Assembly: GCA_951406725.2 (NCBI GenBank)
Contig: OX597826.1
Span: forward strand, 33,914,001-33,978,000
Reading direction: 5' to 3'
DNA: 64,000 nt
Source of the DNA: Octopus vulgaris
Taxonomy: Eukaryota
The notes under the pieces were generated by a model. It was not told where the DNA came from. It ran no database searches and saw only the letters and a program-made list of their open reading frames with translations. Of the stretch, positions 1 through 13,265 are shown in pieces (within the stretch, counting starts at the first letter, position 1; each line of letters begins with the position of its first letter). The translations under genes were made by a program, and so were the position numbers.

Positions 1-50
<50 letters not shown>

Positions 51-73
51 TATAATAATAATGATGATGATGA
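1..73. repeat. (AAT)n/(GAT)n microsatellite
   Basis: Direct reading. Confidence 0.95.
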
Positions 74-150
74 AGGCTGGAGGGTATAACAGCCGGAACG
101 TTGTGCTAATAACAAGATGAGAACAAATATCCGTCAAATGTAAATGATGC
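68..150 (+). mobile_element. 5'-truncated tail of the tRNA-head/hammerhead element (see 35742-36290)
   Basis: tgatgaaggctggagggtataacagccggaacgttgtg...aaatatccgtcaaatgtaaat matches 36205-36285. Confidence 0.8.
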
Positions 151-205
151 TATGCACTATTTCTTCAATGATTCAGCAAATTGTTAGTATAAGATTCGAA
201 GTCTA

Positions 206-402
206 AGGCAGCGAGCTAGCAGAATTATTTGCATGCCGGACAAAATGCTTAACGACATTTTGTCTGTCTTAACGTTGTGAGTCCAAATTCTGCTAAGTGA
301 GACTTTACCTTTCATTCTTTCGGGGTCAATTAAATAAGTACCAGTGAAGCACAAGTGTTGATGGAATCAACTTGCTGGACTTCTACCAAAATTTGAAACC
401 AA
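206..402 (+). mobile_element. SINE family B copy
   Basis: ggcagcgagctagcagaat...gagtccaaattc...aaaatttgaaacc; many related copies across the window. Confidence 0.8.
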
Positions 403-682
403 TCTACGATTTGGAGTTGACCAATCATCTTGATTTTTTATGAGCCTTGGTTTAACATTGAATAAAAGGTGATATGGAATTATCACTATTTTCAGATTGA
501 AGAGCGAAAGAAAACTCTTTGAATTTGTTAATAAACATTGGTGACATACTCTGAGTAATTTTTATGCCATCATTCACCTTATACCAGCCAATGGTTCTTA
601 GAATTTGCGGAGGTATTGGAACTAAGTTTCACTTTAACTGGAACAATAGATTGTCGAGTGTTTGCTGTTGTTCCACCAGTTT

Positions 683-1084
683 GCTGTGTGGTAAGTAGCT
701 TGCTAACCAACCACATGGTTCCGGGTTCAGTCCTACTGCATGGCATCTTGGGCAAGTGTCTTCTGCTATAGCCCCGGGCCGACCAATGCCTTGTGAGTGG
801 ATTTGGTAGACGGAAACTGAAAGAAGCCTGTCGTATATATGTATATATATATAAGTGTGTGTGTATATGTTTGTGTGTCTGTGTTTGTCCCCCTAGCATT
901 GCTTGACAACCGATGCTGGTGTGTTTACGTCGCCGTCACTTAGCGGTTCGGCAAAAGAGACCGATAGAATAAGTACTGGGCTTACAAAGAATAAGTCCCG
1001 GGGTAGATTTGCTCGACTAAAGGCGGTGCTCCAGCATGGCCGCAGTCAAATGACTGAAACAAGTAAAAGAGTAAAAGAGTAAAA
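683..1084 (+). mobile_element. SINE family A, near full length (tRNA-derived head, internal (TA)/(TG) tract, AAAAGAGT-repeat tail)
   Basis: A-box-like gctgtgtggtaag, B-box-like gggttcagtcc, tail gtaaaagagtaaaagagt; about 10 copies in the window. Confidence 0.9.
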
Positions 1085-1295
1085 TACAATGATGCTAGTC
1101 TGGGTTCGATCATCGTTTAGCAATTCCAAAGCTCAAAGTTGATTACTTGCAAGCATAGAAGTTGAGTTCTTAGAAAGACAGGTGTATTTCTTCACTGAGA
1201 TCAATCAATTTTTCTGCATTTCCAATTGACTAAAAGTTTGCTAGATTAGAGTTGACCTTTGGATAAAAAGCAACAACAATGACGATAACAATAAT

Positions 1296-1573
1296 GATTT
1301 CAAATTTTGGCACAAGGCCAGCAATTTCAGGAGAGGAGGTAAATCGATTGCATCTCCCTTAATTCATCGATCCGGAAAGGATGAAAGACAGAATTTGGCA
1401 GAATTGAACTCAGAAACAAAATGCTGCTAGCCATTTTCCTTGGCATTCTTTTACGTATTTCAGTCGTTTGAGTGCGGCACTGCTAAGTTACGGGAACGTA
1501 AACACACCAACATTGGTTGTCAAATGATGGTGGGGGACAACACAGACACAAGCACACGCACATACACACACAC

Positions 1574-1609
<36 letters not shown>

Positions 1610-1795
1610 AGCTTCTTTCAGTTTCCATCTGCCAAATCCACTCAGAAGGCTTTGGTTGGCCCGAGGCTATAGTAGAAGACACTTACCCAAGGTGCCACGC
1701 AATGAGACTGAACCCGGAACCATGTGGTCGCGAAGCAAACTTCTTATCATACAGCCAGACTTGCTAACGATTCTGTCACGTCACCAACTTAAACA
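1296..1795 (-). mobile_element. SINE B copy interrupted by a nested SINE A (about 1446-1757)
   Basis: B sequence stops at ttccttggc and resumes at tgctaacgattctg; family A reverse complement lies between. Confidence 0.75.
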
Positions 1796-1802
1796 ATAAT
1801 AA

Positions 1803-2010
1803 TGTTTTCTACTTAAGGCACAAGGGGTGATATTTTGGGGGTGAGGGATAGCCAATGACATCGACCCCAGTGCGTAACTGGTACTTATTTCATTGACCCT
1901 GAAAGGATGAAAAGCAAAGTCGACATTGGAGGGATTTGAACGTAAGAATGGATGAAATGCTGCTAACCATTTTGCCTAGCATGCAAACGATTCTGCCAGC
2001 TTGCCACCTT
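1803..2010 (-). mobile_element. SINE family B copy
   Basis: Reverse complement of the B consensus, ending gattctgccagcttgccacc. Confidence 0.8.
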
Positions 2011-3229
2011 AATAATAACAAGAAGAAAAAAAAATCACAAATATCAAGTACAGCAGGAGCCTGCAAGTAGTCAGTCATTCACTAGAAATAATAACCAATT
2101 CTACAGCAAATAACAATTTGCTGTCTTCGAAAGAACATATTATTAGCACATTGGACAAAAATTGGGGTGGCCACGACTGGAATGACTTTTATCATAGGAT
2201 TGCTTGGTCAGAGTTAATCTAGAACAAAGCAACAAATTCAGAGCATCAAAATAACTGTCATTATCATAAGCAGTATCACTATCAACAACAGTACTAGAAC
2301 TACTATCATCAACATCATCAACATCATCATCAACAATACCAATAAGCCTCACTTTTTTTTTTATTTAAAGCGATTTAAAATTCTATGCGCGTATTCAAAC
2401 ACAAAGTTAAATTTATATATTATCTTTTTAGTTTGTGTATATATGTGTATATATTTATAAGCCACTATGTATCAATGTTTATGTATATGTGCTAATAATA
2501 TTTATGTATGTATTTTTGGGTGTATGTTTCTAGTTTTTTTGTCAAATATTTTCTTCATTTGATCCTATTATTGAAATTTTTAGTTGAATTTTCTGTTTAA
2601 AATTTTCTTTATTTTAAGTCTTTAAATTGTAATTTTCATTTTCTCATTTTAATTTGATTCCAAATTGTATTTTCTTTTTATTCTTAACCTGAGAATTTAA
2701 CCGAAAAACAAACCAAAGAAACAAAGTGCATTAAAAAATGGAAAAAAAAGCAGAAACTTCAAAAAATACACTTGAACATACAATGGAAAGAAAAAAGTAA
2801 ACAAGTGAATAAATAAATAAATTGATTTTAACACAAATTAAGTTGATTAATTGATTACAGTTTTCATTGTAAAACAAAAAAAAATGAAACAAATTTAAAG
2901 TAAAACAATGAATAAAAACATCAAATCTACAAAATAACAAATAACTTTACTCCATGCCCCTTCAACTGGTAGTGGAATAAAGCAAAAAAAGAAATGTGTT
3001 AAAATATTAAAACAGGTACAAAAAAAATAATTCGTAATAATAAATAATAAAGAACTGCCCACTCCTAGCAATAACACTGCGCATGTGCACATATAAATAG
3101 TGGTACATAGAGAAACACACATATTATAAATGCATACGCATATGTGTACACACGTGTGCACAGGTGTACACATGAGACTCAGCAGTGTTTCACTGGCATG
3201 TACTCATGGAGCTGTAGAGAAATGTACAC

Positions 3230-3800
3230 GTATATATACATATACGCATTCACACACACACACATATACATATGCGTATATATATATATATATACACACA
3301 TATATATTCACACATATATACATATATATATACATATATATATATACACATATATAGATACATTTATAAATATATATCTACATATACATATGTACATATA
3401 TATATATCAATACATATATATCTATATCTATCTATACATATATACATGTTGCATATATATATATATGTATGCATATATTTGAATATATATATATATATAT
3501 GTACATATATATATATACACACACATGTGAGTGTATGTGTATATGTATGAATATGTGTGCATGTACATGTGTATATGTGTTAGTACATGTATACACATGT
3601 ACATTAACTTATAAATTTTATACACATATACGTGCATATACACTCGCGACAAATATGGATGTAAAGTGCAACATCAATACACATACATATGTGTGTGTTA
3701 ATATATGTATGTATATATATATATATATATACATGTATGTACATGTGTGTGTATAAAGATATATATATATATATATTTACATATGTAGAGAGAGAGAGAG
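3230..3800. repeat. Compound (TA)/(CA)/(TG) microsatellite field
   Basis: Direct reading; source of the Y/I/H/C-rich pseudo-ORFs. Confidence 0.9.
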
Positions 3801-4244
3801 GAATCATATACAGATATGCACATATATACCCATGACATATCAGAGATTTAAAAAGTGCGTTTGTTGGGTGATTGTTATTTTCTTTCTCTTCTTTAACCAT
3901 GTCCATGCGAATTCCTATTTGATCAAACTTTTTACTATTGATCGGATTACATTAGAGAGGGAAAAAAATAACATTAAACCGTACAATATAACTGTATAAA
4001 GAAAAATATCATTAAATAAATAAATATAAAATATAAAATTGTTTGAAATGTGTAAAAACATAAAAAATACAATAAATATAAATAGCAAGAAATAACAACA
4101 AAAAAAAAACGAGGAAAATGAAGCAATCAAATAAATAAGATTAAAAAAGGTTTGAAATTCAAATATAACAAGAAAAAAAAACGAAAAGGAAACAAATAAA
4201 CAGAAAAACAAATGACTCTCCTCACACCTAAAAGCAGTATTAAT

Positions 4245-4291
4245 ACTACTACTAATAATAATAATAGTAATAATTATAATGATAATAATAA

Positions 4292-4341
<50 letters not shown>

Positions 4342-4450
4342 ATAATAATAACAATAATAATAATAATGTAAATAATGACAGTTATAATTATAATTAGCGA
4401 ATTATAATGAGGAAATATTAAACAAAAGGAAAAAAAAGCGAAATTAAAAC

Positions 4451-4501
<51 letters not shown>

Positions 4502-4521
4502 TAATAATAATAGTAATAATG

Positions 4522-4560
<39 letters not shown>

Positions 4561-4563
4561 GTG

Positions 4564-4597
<34 letters not shown>

Positions 4598-4611
4598 TAA
4601 TAATAATAATA

Positions 4612-4654
<43 letters not shown>

Positions 4655-4674
4655 TAATAATAATAATAATAATG

Positions 4675-4741
<67 letters not shown>

Positions 4742-4773
4742 TAATAATAATAATAATAATAATAATGATGATG

Positions 4774-4845
<72 letters not shown>
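4245..4845. repeat. Long (AAT)n/(AGT)n microsatellite
   Basis: About 400 bp nearly pure (AAT)n at 4451-4845, preceded by (AAT)/(AGT) blocks. Confidence 0.95.
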
Positions 4846-4847
<2 letters not shown>

Positions 4848-5571
4848 AATAAATACATCAAGTGCAACAGTAACTACCCCAACTGCCACAGCTAATTGTC
4901 AGACTAAAATTTACTTCAGAATCATTGAGGATTACATACTGAATGAGAATGCCTAATAAAATTTAAATATCCTGTGTGAAAAATACCTAATTTAATCAAA
5001 ATTTTCATTTTTTTTCCTGTATTATTTTTGGATGGTGTTGTTGTTGCTGTCAAGGAGACAGTGTCTTTAAGTAAGTCTCTTTATGGTTTAAGTTCAAATC
5101 CTATAGTCTGGGGTGTTTTAGGGTAGGAGTTTGGGAGGTTAAGTGATTTTCATCTTTTCGGGATCAATAAAGTGAATACCATTTTATTGATGCTTCACAA
5201 TCAATTGCATGGCCTCTTAAATTCTTAAAATTTCATCTAAAAGAGATAGGCATTCCAAACTCAAAAGTATTTCACCCTAGCTATTCCATAAAATGAATCA
5301 ACTCAGGCTGGACATAAAATGCAGTTGCTGTATCCAATTCCTTTCCTTCACTGAGGATTGTACGACACTGCATGAAACATTTAAGTACAAAGCATTAACA
5401 TCAATATGAATATTGATATTAATACCTGCGTTTCTACAAGTATTTATGCATGTATATTCTGATAAGTCTATTAGAATAGATTCTAAGTTCTAGAGTGTAT
5501 ACAGAAAACTCCATCTACCTATACCATAAGAGCATATTGTGAGATATGGTAAAAGATTCCACTCCATATGT

Positions 5572-5859
5572 GTTTGTTTGTTCCTTCTCAAGCAATGCCT
5601 GGCTCATAAGGGCTTGGTATATAGGTTCCCCACCTGGACGGGATGCCAGTCCGTCACAGGTGAGCTGCAAGATGCAGGAGGAAAGAGTGAGAGAAAGTTG
5701 TGGCGAAAGAGTCAGCAGAAGTTTGCCATTACCTTCTGCCAGAGCTGCGTGGAGCTTAGGTGCTTTGCTCATAAACACACACTTTGCCCGGTCTGAGATT
5801 CGAACCTGTGAGCCCTCGACCACGAATCCACTGCTCTAATCACTAGGCCATGTGCCTCC

Positions 5860-5860
<1 letters not shown>
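5572..5860 (-). mobile_element. tRNA-derived SINE of a separate family
   Basis: Minus strand reads ggaggcacatggcctagtgattag...ggttcgaatctc (A/B boxes) ...gacggactggcatcccgtccagg..., ending in (AAAC)n. Confidence 0.8.
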
Positions 5861-5899
<39 letters not shown>

Positions 5900-5901
<2 letters not shown>

Positions 5902-6308
5902 TCAGTAAGGTATATAAAGCTGACCAGAAGAGAATTAATGCATTCGAGCTTTGGTGTTGGAGAAGACTTTTACAGATTCCATGGACAGTGAGGCTCACCA
6001 ATGGAGAAGTTCTTAAGCAAATCAGGCCAAAAATGTCACTAGAAGCTAGGATCACCAAGCATAGATTGGCATATTTCGGTCATATTATGCGGAGAAAATC
6101 CCTGGAGAAGGACATCATGCTCGGAATGGTCAGTGGCAAGATAGGAAGAGGCCGACCAAGAACCTGCTGGCTTGACACCATCAAGAGTGATACCAGAATG
6201 GACATAGCCAATCTGAAAGAAGCGGCCCAGGATAGAACTGACTGGAGGACAGTGATCCAACGAGTAACCGAGAGTCGACTTCGACTGAGCGGATAGATAG
6301 ATAGATAA
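5900..6308 (+). mobile_element. RTE-clade (BovB-like) LINE 3' end
   Basis: Open peptide INAFELWCWRRLLQIPW...YFGHIMRR..SLEKDIMLG...RGRPR...WRTVIQRVTESRLRLSG, then a (GATA)n tail; typical RTE ORF C-terminus. Confidence 0.9.
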
Positions 6309-7045
6309 GGTATATAATACCACTTGCTATATATATAAAGTAATTCTTTAATTCTGTTTTGCTATGACAACATATATCAAAAATTTAAGGCAGAACAATA
6401 ACTGTTGTCACTGCAAGATGAAGCATAGTTGAAAGAAACAATTTGCATCAAACAAGTGACAGCTGGTGCAATCTTGTGTATCACTGGAAATACAAAAATT
6501 TTGACTCCTTGTCTGATGGTCTTAAATAAAAGTGAAACTCGTTCACAAATTTGCACATCATTTAAAAGGATTCTTGAAACTAAAACTTGTGAATTGCAAA
6601 CTGGATAACACTGCAGTTTGAATTTTGGAAAAATGCTGAGCCTCTCATTTCAATGTGACAGTATTATCACAGTGTGGCCTCCTCTATAAGTATAACACCA
6701 GTTCCATTTAACTCCAAAGTTATTTTTCCGAGAGTAGAACACCTTTATGTATTCCATATACTGCACATCAGAATCACATCACCTGAGATCACTAACAGAA
6801 TCCATATATTCTAGTCTTGTAGTATTTTTCCAGCTTAACAATAAACCTTTTGGGATAGTATGTTAAAATGTATATATCTATATAAAATACCAAGATATAT
6901 ATAAGTATACTCACACTCATGCATACATATACACACACTTGTCTATTTGTCTGTTCGTATGTATATATGTATGTACATATGTATGTATGTGTGTATGTGT
7001 GTATGTATGTATGTATGTATGTATGTATATATGTATGTATGATTG

Positions 7046-7079
<34 letters not shown>

Positions 7080-7340
7080 TGTATGTACATTGTGCTGCTG
7101 GTTATTTGCTGCAGAGTTTTCTGTGTGGTTCATTAACCTATGTTAGAGGAGAATCAGAATTTAAGCATTAAAAAACTATTCAAACATTTTTGACATTTCC
7201 AAATTTACTCATCACGACAGGAATACACTCAGAATAGTGGATCTGATGTAATCACTACAGTAAAAATAAAGTAAATAAGTATTCCACTAAATTTCGAATA
7301 TAACTCACAGAAACACTTAAGCACTTTGATATGTACAGTC

Positions 7341-7580
7341 ATCATGATCATCATCATCATCATCATCACCATCATTTAATGTCCACTCTCCATGCTGGCA
7401 TGGGTTGGACGTTTTGACTGGGCTGGCATGCTGGAAGGCTGCACTAGACTCCAGTCTTATTTGGCATGGTTTTTCTGTGGCCAGATGCCGTTCCTGATGC
7501 CTGCCAGCCACTCTGAGAGTGTAATGGGTACTTTTTATGTGCCAGCAGCACAGGTGCCATTTGCATGACACCGGGGTGCA
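7341..7580 (-). mobile_element. Family C (RTE-tail SINE or LINE 3' end) with (GAT)n tail
   Basis: catcat...tttaatgtcc..ccatgctggcatgggttggac; shared with about 10 other copies. Confidence 0.8.
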
Positions 7581-7715
7581 ATTATAGAACACAAAATATA
7601 TTTTAACTATGAAAATGATAATGTTGTGGATAAAAGGGAGAAACTTGATGCAAGCCAGCTTAAAGAAAAAGAATGGCAGTGGAAGAGCTATGTTACAAAA
7701 GACAATGTTTCCTTC

Positions 7716-7757
7716 AGTTCTATATTTATTATTATTAAGGCAGTGACCTGAATGATG

Positions 7758-7826
<69 letters not shown>

Positions 7827-7975
7827 GCAATAACATCAAAAAAGACCTTAGGAATGAGAACCCAGGTTCGTAATTTCTCCAAGACACCTGATTGGAGGGT
7901 ATATCAGCTGAAACGTGTTCACAACAAACAAGATGAGGACAAATGTCCATCAATTGTAAATAACGTAAATGATGT
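7716..7975 (+). mobile_element. tRNA-head/hammerhead element copy, head truncated and stem II partly deleted
   Basis: ggcagtgacctga-(AAT)n-accttaggaatgagaacccagg...aagacacctgat..cagctgaaacgtgtt; preceded by the inverted tail piece cagttctatattta. Confidence 0.8.
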
Positions 7976-8710
7976 ACTATGCTTCCTTGCCCAACAATTT
8001 TATTCCAGAACAGTCCAGGAATATATTTTTAGACAGTGGGGTTTCCATATGTTTTTGAAAGTAAAGTTAGAATCTTGGGCATTGTATGGCACAGAGTATG
8101 CTTCATCAACAGAGCAAGGATCTATGGAACTGAGTGGTTAGTCCTTAAATGTATGAAGATGAAGTAAAAAATTTTATGTGGAGCTTGTTTGTCTAACACA
8201 TTCCTAGAGTATAATTCTATTACTATAATATGTAAGAAGAAGAAAGTTTAAGGATCACTAACTAAATATTTGGTATGGATATTTACCTATGACTTGTGAT
8301 TAGCTTGTCGTTACCTTGTCATTACAGGCAGATGATGATTTTAGAAATGATATGCAGCATGTGGTTGGGTGAATTTGCTTGGACATGTATGTACATGTTC
8401 TGATGCTATCCAAAGACCACAGAACTATCATGAGAGTACAGTGTAGAGACCCCAGTTAAAAAGGAAATTACAAGTAAATACTGCTTTTGGGTACTATGCT
8501 TGGAATAGGCAGAGGTGAGGCTGACAGCAGCTGAGGTAAGAACAACAACAGCAACAGGATGCAAAGGCCATTACCAGGGCACTCTTAGCTGCAGCTCTGA
8601 CTTAATCTATGCAAAAGAAATTACTTTGTCTTCAGCATCGAGGGTCAATGAAGAGAATGAAGAAGAAAGGAGTCCTCCACTTCCAACAGAATGATGGCCA
8701 GAGAATTTGA

Positions 8711-8846
<136 letters not shown>

Positions 8847-9177
8847 GAGTGAGAGAGCAGTTCATGCCATCAAAGTGACACTGGGGTAAAATATATGAAG
8901 CCCAATATACCCATCATGACTACCTGTCTGATAAGGGTACACCAGGCACATGCATCACAACCATATGTGCGCGACATGGTGATCTCATATCAAGATAAAC
9001 AGCACATGACCTTGCAGATGGGGCCCAGTTAGAATTTTCTTCAGGTTGAGTAGCCCATCCCGCTCAAAAGGTCCCTGAATAAGGGTTGTTTGAGGATGTT
9101 GAAAGAACCACCCATGTTTCCAGAGGTGAATTATTCAAACCCCAAACAATCCCTCTCAACACATGGCTATGATGCTT
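8847..9177. mobile_element. Complex-sequence cassette of about 330 bp embedded in (TTA)n; probable retroelement fragment
   Basis: Sharp boundaries with (TTA)n on both sides; same context as the R4/Dong fragments. Confidence 0.5.
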
Positions 9178-9208
9178 ATTATTATTATTATTATCATTAT
9201 TATTATTA

Positions 9209-9239
<31 letters not shown>

Positions 9240-9259
9240 CATTATTATTATTATTATTA

Positions 9260-9303
<44 letters not shown>

Positions 9304-9305
<2 letters not shown>

Positions 9306-9525
9306 GGTGATGAACTGGCAGAATTGTTAGCATCCTGGGTGAAATGCTTAGCAGCGCTTTGCTCATCTGTACATTGTGAGTTCAAATTCCTTCCAGGTTG
9401 ACTTCGCCTCTCATCTTTTCAGTGTCACTGAAATAAATGTCAGTTAAGCACAGGGGTTGATACAATCAAATATCCCCACCCACCCTAAAACATTTCAGGC
9501 CTTGTGCCTGTAGTAGAAAGGATTA
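9304..9525 (+). mobile_element. SINE family B copy
   Basis: aaggtgatgaactggcagaattgttagc...gagttcaaattcc...ggccttgtgcc. Confidence 0.8.
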
Positions 9526-9998
9526 TCATCATCATCATCATTGCAGTCATCATCACCATCATCATTGCCCTCTCCCTCCTCCTCCTCCTCATCATCATCA
9601 TTATAAATATATATACATATATATATAATAATACATTATTACTATCAATATATATATATATATATATACATATATATAATGATACATTGTTAGTATCAAT
9701 ATATATATACATATATACTTTTATATATAAACCTTTGTGTGTGTATGTATATATTCTTCTTGTTTGGAAAGAGTTACAGGACATGGGACAATGTATACAC
9801 ATGCAAATCAAATATACCTGTATATGTGTATGCATGTGTGTGTGTGAGCACATATGCATACATGTATGTCTCCACATTTCCGGTAACCCCTTTATAGCAC
9901 TCTGTGAATGAATAGACCCTTGTGGCAAATAAATGAAAGAATTATTATTATTTTATAATTACAATTATTAAATCACTGTAATTACTATCAGTTTCACC

Positions 9999-10044
<46 letters not shown>

Positions 10045-10104
10045 TGATAATTATAATAATAATAATGATAATGATAATAATAATAATAACAACTTCTTTA
10101 TCAC

Positions 10105-10137
<33 letters not shown>

Positions 10138-10889
10138 GATTATTATTATTATTATTAATATTATTATTATTACTATATTTTGTTTCTTTCCTGCAGAAAC
10201 TCTTTAACGAGATATAAAAATTAAATTGGATTTGAATTCTCTGCGAAAACAGCGTGGCAAAGCTAATTAATGCTTTGTTAATCTGACAAGAATCCAAGAC
10301 ATACCATTTCTTTATTTTCATTTCAACCATCTTGCTGTGTGTAAATGTTTACGTGCAAGCACACATACATGCATACACATCCACACGCACACATCCACAT
10401 CCACACAGACAGACAGACACACAGTCACACTTGCGTACACTTGTTTACAGTTAAAAGATGAAGATATGTGGTTCACACATACATATGTGCGCAAGTTTAT
10501 ATATGTATATATGTGTGTGTGTATGTGTGTTTACATATATATATATATACATACACAGACGTTTATGTATGTGCATATACATACAAACACATACACACAA
10601 ACATATATATTTATATAGATTTATGAGTGTATGTGTGTATGTATATAGACATACACAGCCATTCATAATCTTGTTCATACATTCAGATATATAAAGTGGT
10701 TCACACTTTTATACCCATGAATATATAATCGCCATAGGTACCCGTGTTGTTTTACACAAATACAAAACTGTGTGACACAACACATATTCACACACATACT
10801 TATATACTGTAAATATTCATATTGCAGTCATACAGTACACTTTAACTCTTGCACACACATACCGCTCACTGATACACACACACGTGTGA

Positions 10890-10927
<38 letters not shown>

Positions 10928-11066
10928 GTATATGTGTATATATGTATGCATATATACACATAAACATTTATACATACACACACACACATCTGAATATAAG
11001 TATATATATATTTATGTTTATACATGTGTATGTATGTATACATATATACATATATATTTGTATGTA

Positions 11067-11112
<46 letters not shown>

Positions 11113-11483
11113 TACACACACACAAATATATATATATATATATATAAGCACACACACATGCATGAATACACACGCACATTTTATATATTTATATTTCGTG
11201 TTATGCTAAGAAGTAGAGTACAGTACCAGAATTTTCAACTCGAATCAAATATAACAAACAAATCCAAATTGTTGTTACAGCATCCACATTAGTGAAGTGA
11301 AAGGCAACTAGTTTGGGGCTGGCATTGGGTCATATTAGTTGTGCTTATGAAGTGTAAACAAATAATGATATTCTGAAATCACCTGAAAGGTATGTATTAA
11401 AACCTCATTATTGGATTTGACTTCATAATCAGCACTACATATAGATATATATACATATATACATATATGCATATATATATATA

Positions 11484-12042
11484 CGGGGTGACCCAACCTC
11501 CCCCCAAAAAAACAGAACCCTAAAATCTTTGAATAAAACGATGCAGAGGGATAGATTGAGATGATCAATGGTTCCAGGAAGACGGGGCCGGCCCCCACGC
11601 ATCGAATGACTCCCTAACCTGACCGAGAGAGCAATTTCAGGAGAGACTTATCAGCAGGAAGTGTGATGTTGAGTGGGACCCACATTCACCGGACTTGACT
11701 CCCCCACCAGATTTTTATCTGTGGGGTTATCTCAAGGATAATGTTTACCGGAACAACCCTCAAATGATAGGTGAACATAAGGTAGCAATCACAGCAGAAA
11801 TCAGGGAATTCCCCAAAGTGGAATATGTTCGAGTAACTGACAATAATGTATGCAAGTGTTTACATGATGTGTGCCATTTGTAGAATATTTGGAAAAGAAT
11901 ATGACTTTTATGCAAAGGGAATGGTCATACACAGACTGAAATTTAAGTCCAGCAAATTTTTTGAAATTTCAAGAAATTTGCTGGACCTTCGTAGGATTCA
12001 ATAAGATTTTTATGGATTCTGTTTTTTCGGGGGCCACCTCTG
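11484..12042 (+). mobile_element. Internally deleted Tc1/mariner-superfamily DNA transposon
   Basis: Decayed transposase C-terminus WFQEDGAGPH...HSPDLTPPPDFYLWGYLKDNVY; imperfect TIRs cggggtgaccc..aaaaaacagaa / ttctgttttttcgggggccacctctg; flanked by TA. Confidence 0.85.
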
Positions 12043-12055
12043 TACATATACATAT

Positions 12056-12123
<68 letters not shown>

Positions 12124-12139
12124 TTATATGTATGTATGT

Positions 12140-12455
12140 CATTGTCATCATCATTACTTAATGTCTGCTGTCCATGCTGTCATAGATTGCAAGGTGTGAC
12201 CACAGTTGGCAAGCCGGGGAGCTGCACTAGTTTGATTTAGCATGGTTTCTCTGGCTGGATGCTCTTCCTATCGCCAACCACTTTACAGAGTGTACTGGGT
12301 GCTTTACATGGCACCACATGGGGGTTTTCACATGTGGCTGAATGGGTGCTTTTACCTGGCACTGCCACGAGGGCTTTACACCATCAGAGGGACTGGTCTT
12401 AACATTTCTGCTGTGGAATATGGGTCTTCTTGAGTACAGCAAGATGCCAGGCATT
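12140..12455 (-). mobile_element. Family C copy
   Basis: ctggatgctcttcctatcgccaaccact...gggtgctttacatggcacc. Confidence 0.7.
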
Positions 12456-12613
12456 GGAAGGTTCAACATCCTGATATAAATATAAATATATACCAAAGTA
12501 AGCACATAAATGTGAAACAAGGCGGGGAGACAATAGTACTCAAATACCAGAGGTAGAGTTATATGCTTTATTATTATTAAAGCTGCAAAAATATTACAAA
12601 AATATCACAAAAA

Positions 12614-12654
12614 GCTGCTACTCAGAGTTTCACATTCCCATTCGTCAGACAGTT
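12614..12654 (-). ncRNA. Type I hammerhead ribozyme motif with intact core
   Basis: Minus strand: ctgt-CTGACGA-atg ggaa tgt-GAA-actc t gagt-A-gcag; stem I ctgt/gcag, short wobble-rich stem II, GUA cleavage triplet. Confidence 0.65.
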
Positions 12655-12780
12655 TAGATTGTGCAATGAACATACACACATAAACTGACAACGAACGAGA
12701 ATGTGAAACTCTGAGTAGCAGTTTTTTGTGATATTTTTGTGATGTTTTCTGTAGCTTTAATAATGATGAAGTATATATAT

Positions 12781-12940
12781 ACGACAGGATTTTCTCAGTT
12801 TCTATCTATGAAACCCACTCACAAGGTTTTGGTCAGCCTGAGAGCTATAGTAGAACAAACTTGCCTAAGGTGCCATATAATGGGATGGAACCCAGAACCA
12901 TGTGGTTGGGAAGCAAGTTTCTTACCACACAGCCACACCT
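12781..12940 (-). mobile_element. SINE A 5' half
   Basis: Reverse complement of the A head, ending ccacacagccacacc. Confidence 0.8.
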
Positions 12941-13206
12941 AAATATTTTCCTACCTACACACACACAAATCATTTTGGGTTTATATTCACCATTCCTTCA
13001 AAAAGTACCAATGGAATAAAAAAAAACAACAACAAATGTTTGATTTTGCTTTTTTTAAAATTGTTAACTTCAGATCTCCTTCCCAAGCTGTGCTTAGCTA
13101 CCACATGTCCTTTAAACTGAATTTGCTCTGAGAAATAATTAGCTAGATGTGAACTTCCTTCTCCCTTCTATTCAATGCATTGAAACTGTTTGAATGCATC
13201 ACAAAC

Positions 13207-13265
<59 letters not shown>

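Noticed and set aside
2950-2980. Partial resemblance to miR-133 (ccccttcaac)
   Set aside because: Seed region does not match and there is no convincing precursor hairpin
3915-4956. Long poly-I/poly-L ORFs, and similar Y/I/H/C-rich ORFs throughout
   Set aside because: Translations of (AAT)n, (TA)n and (CA)n microsatellites
6380-6790. Possible decayed DNA-transposase fragment
   Set aside because: Only a vague peptide resemblance; not supportable without a translated search
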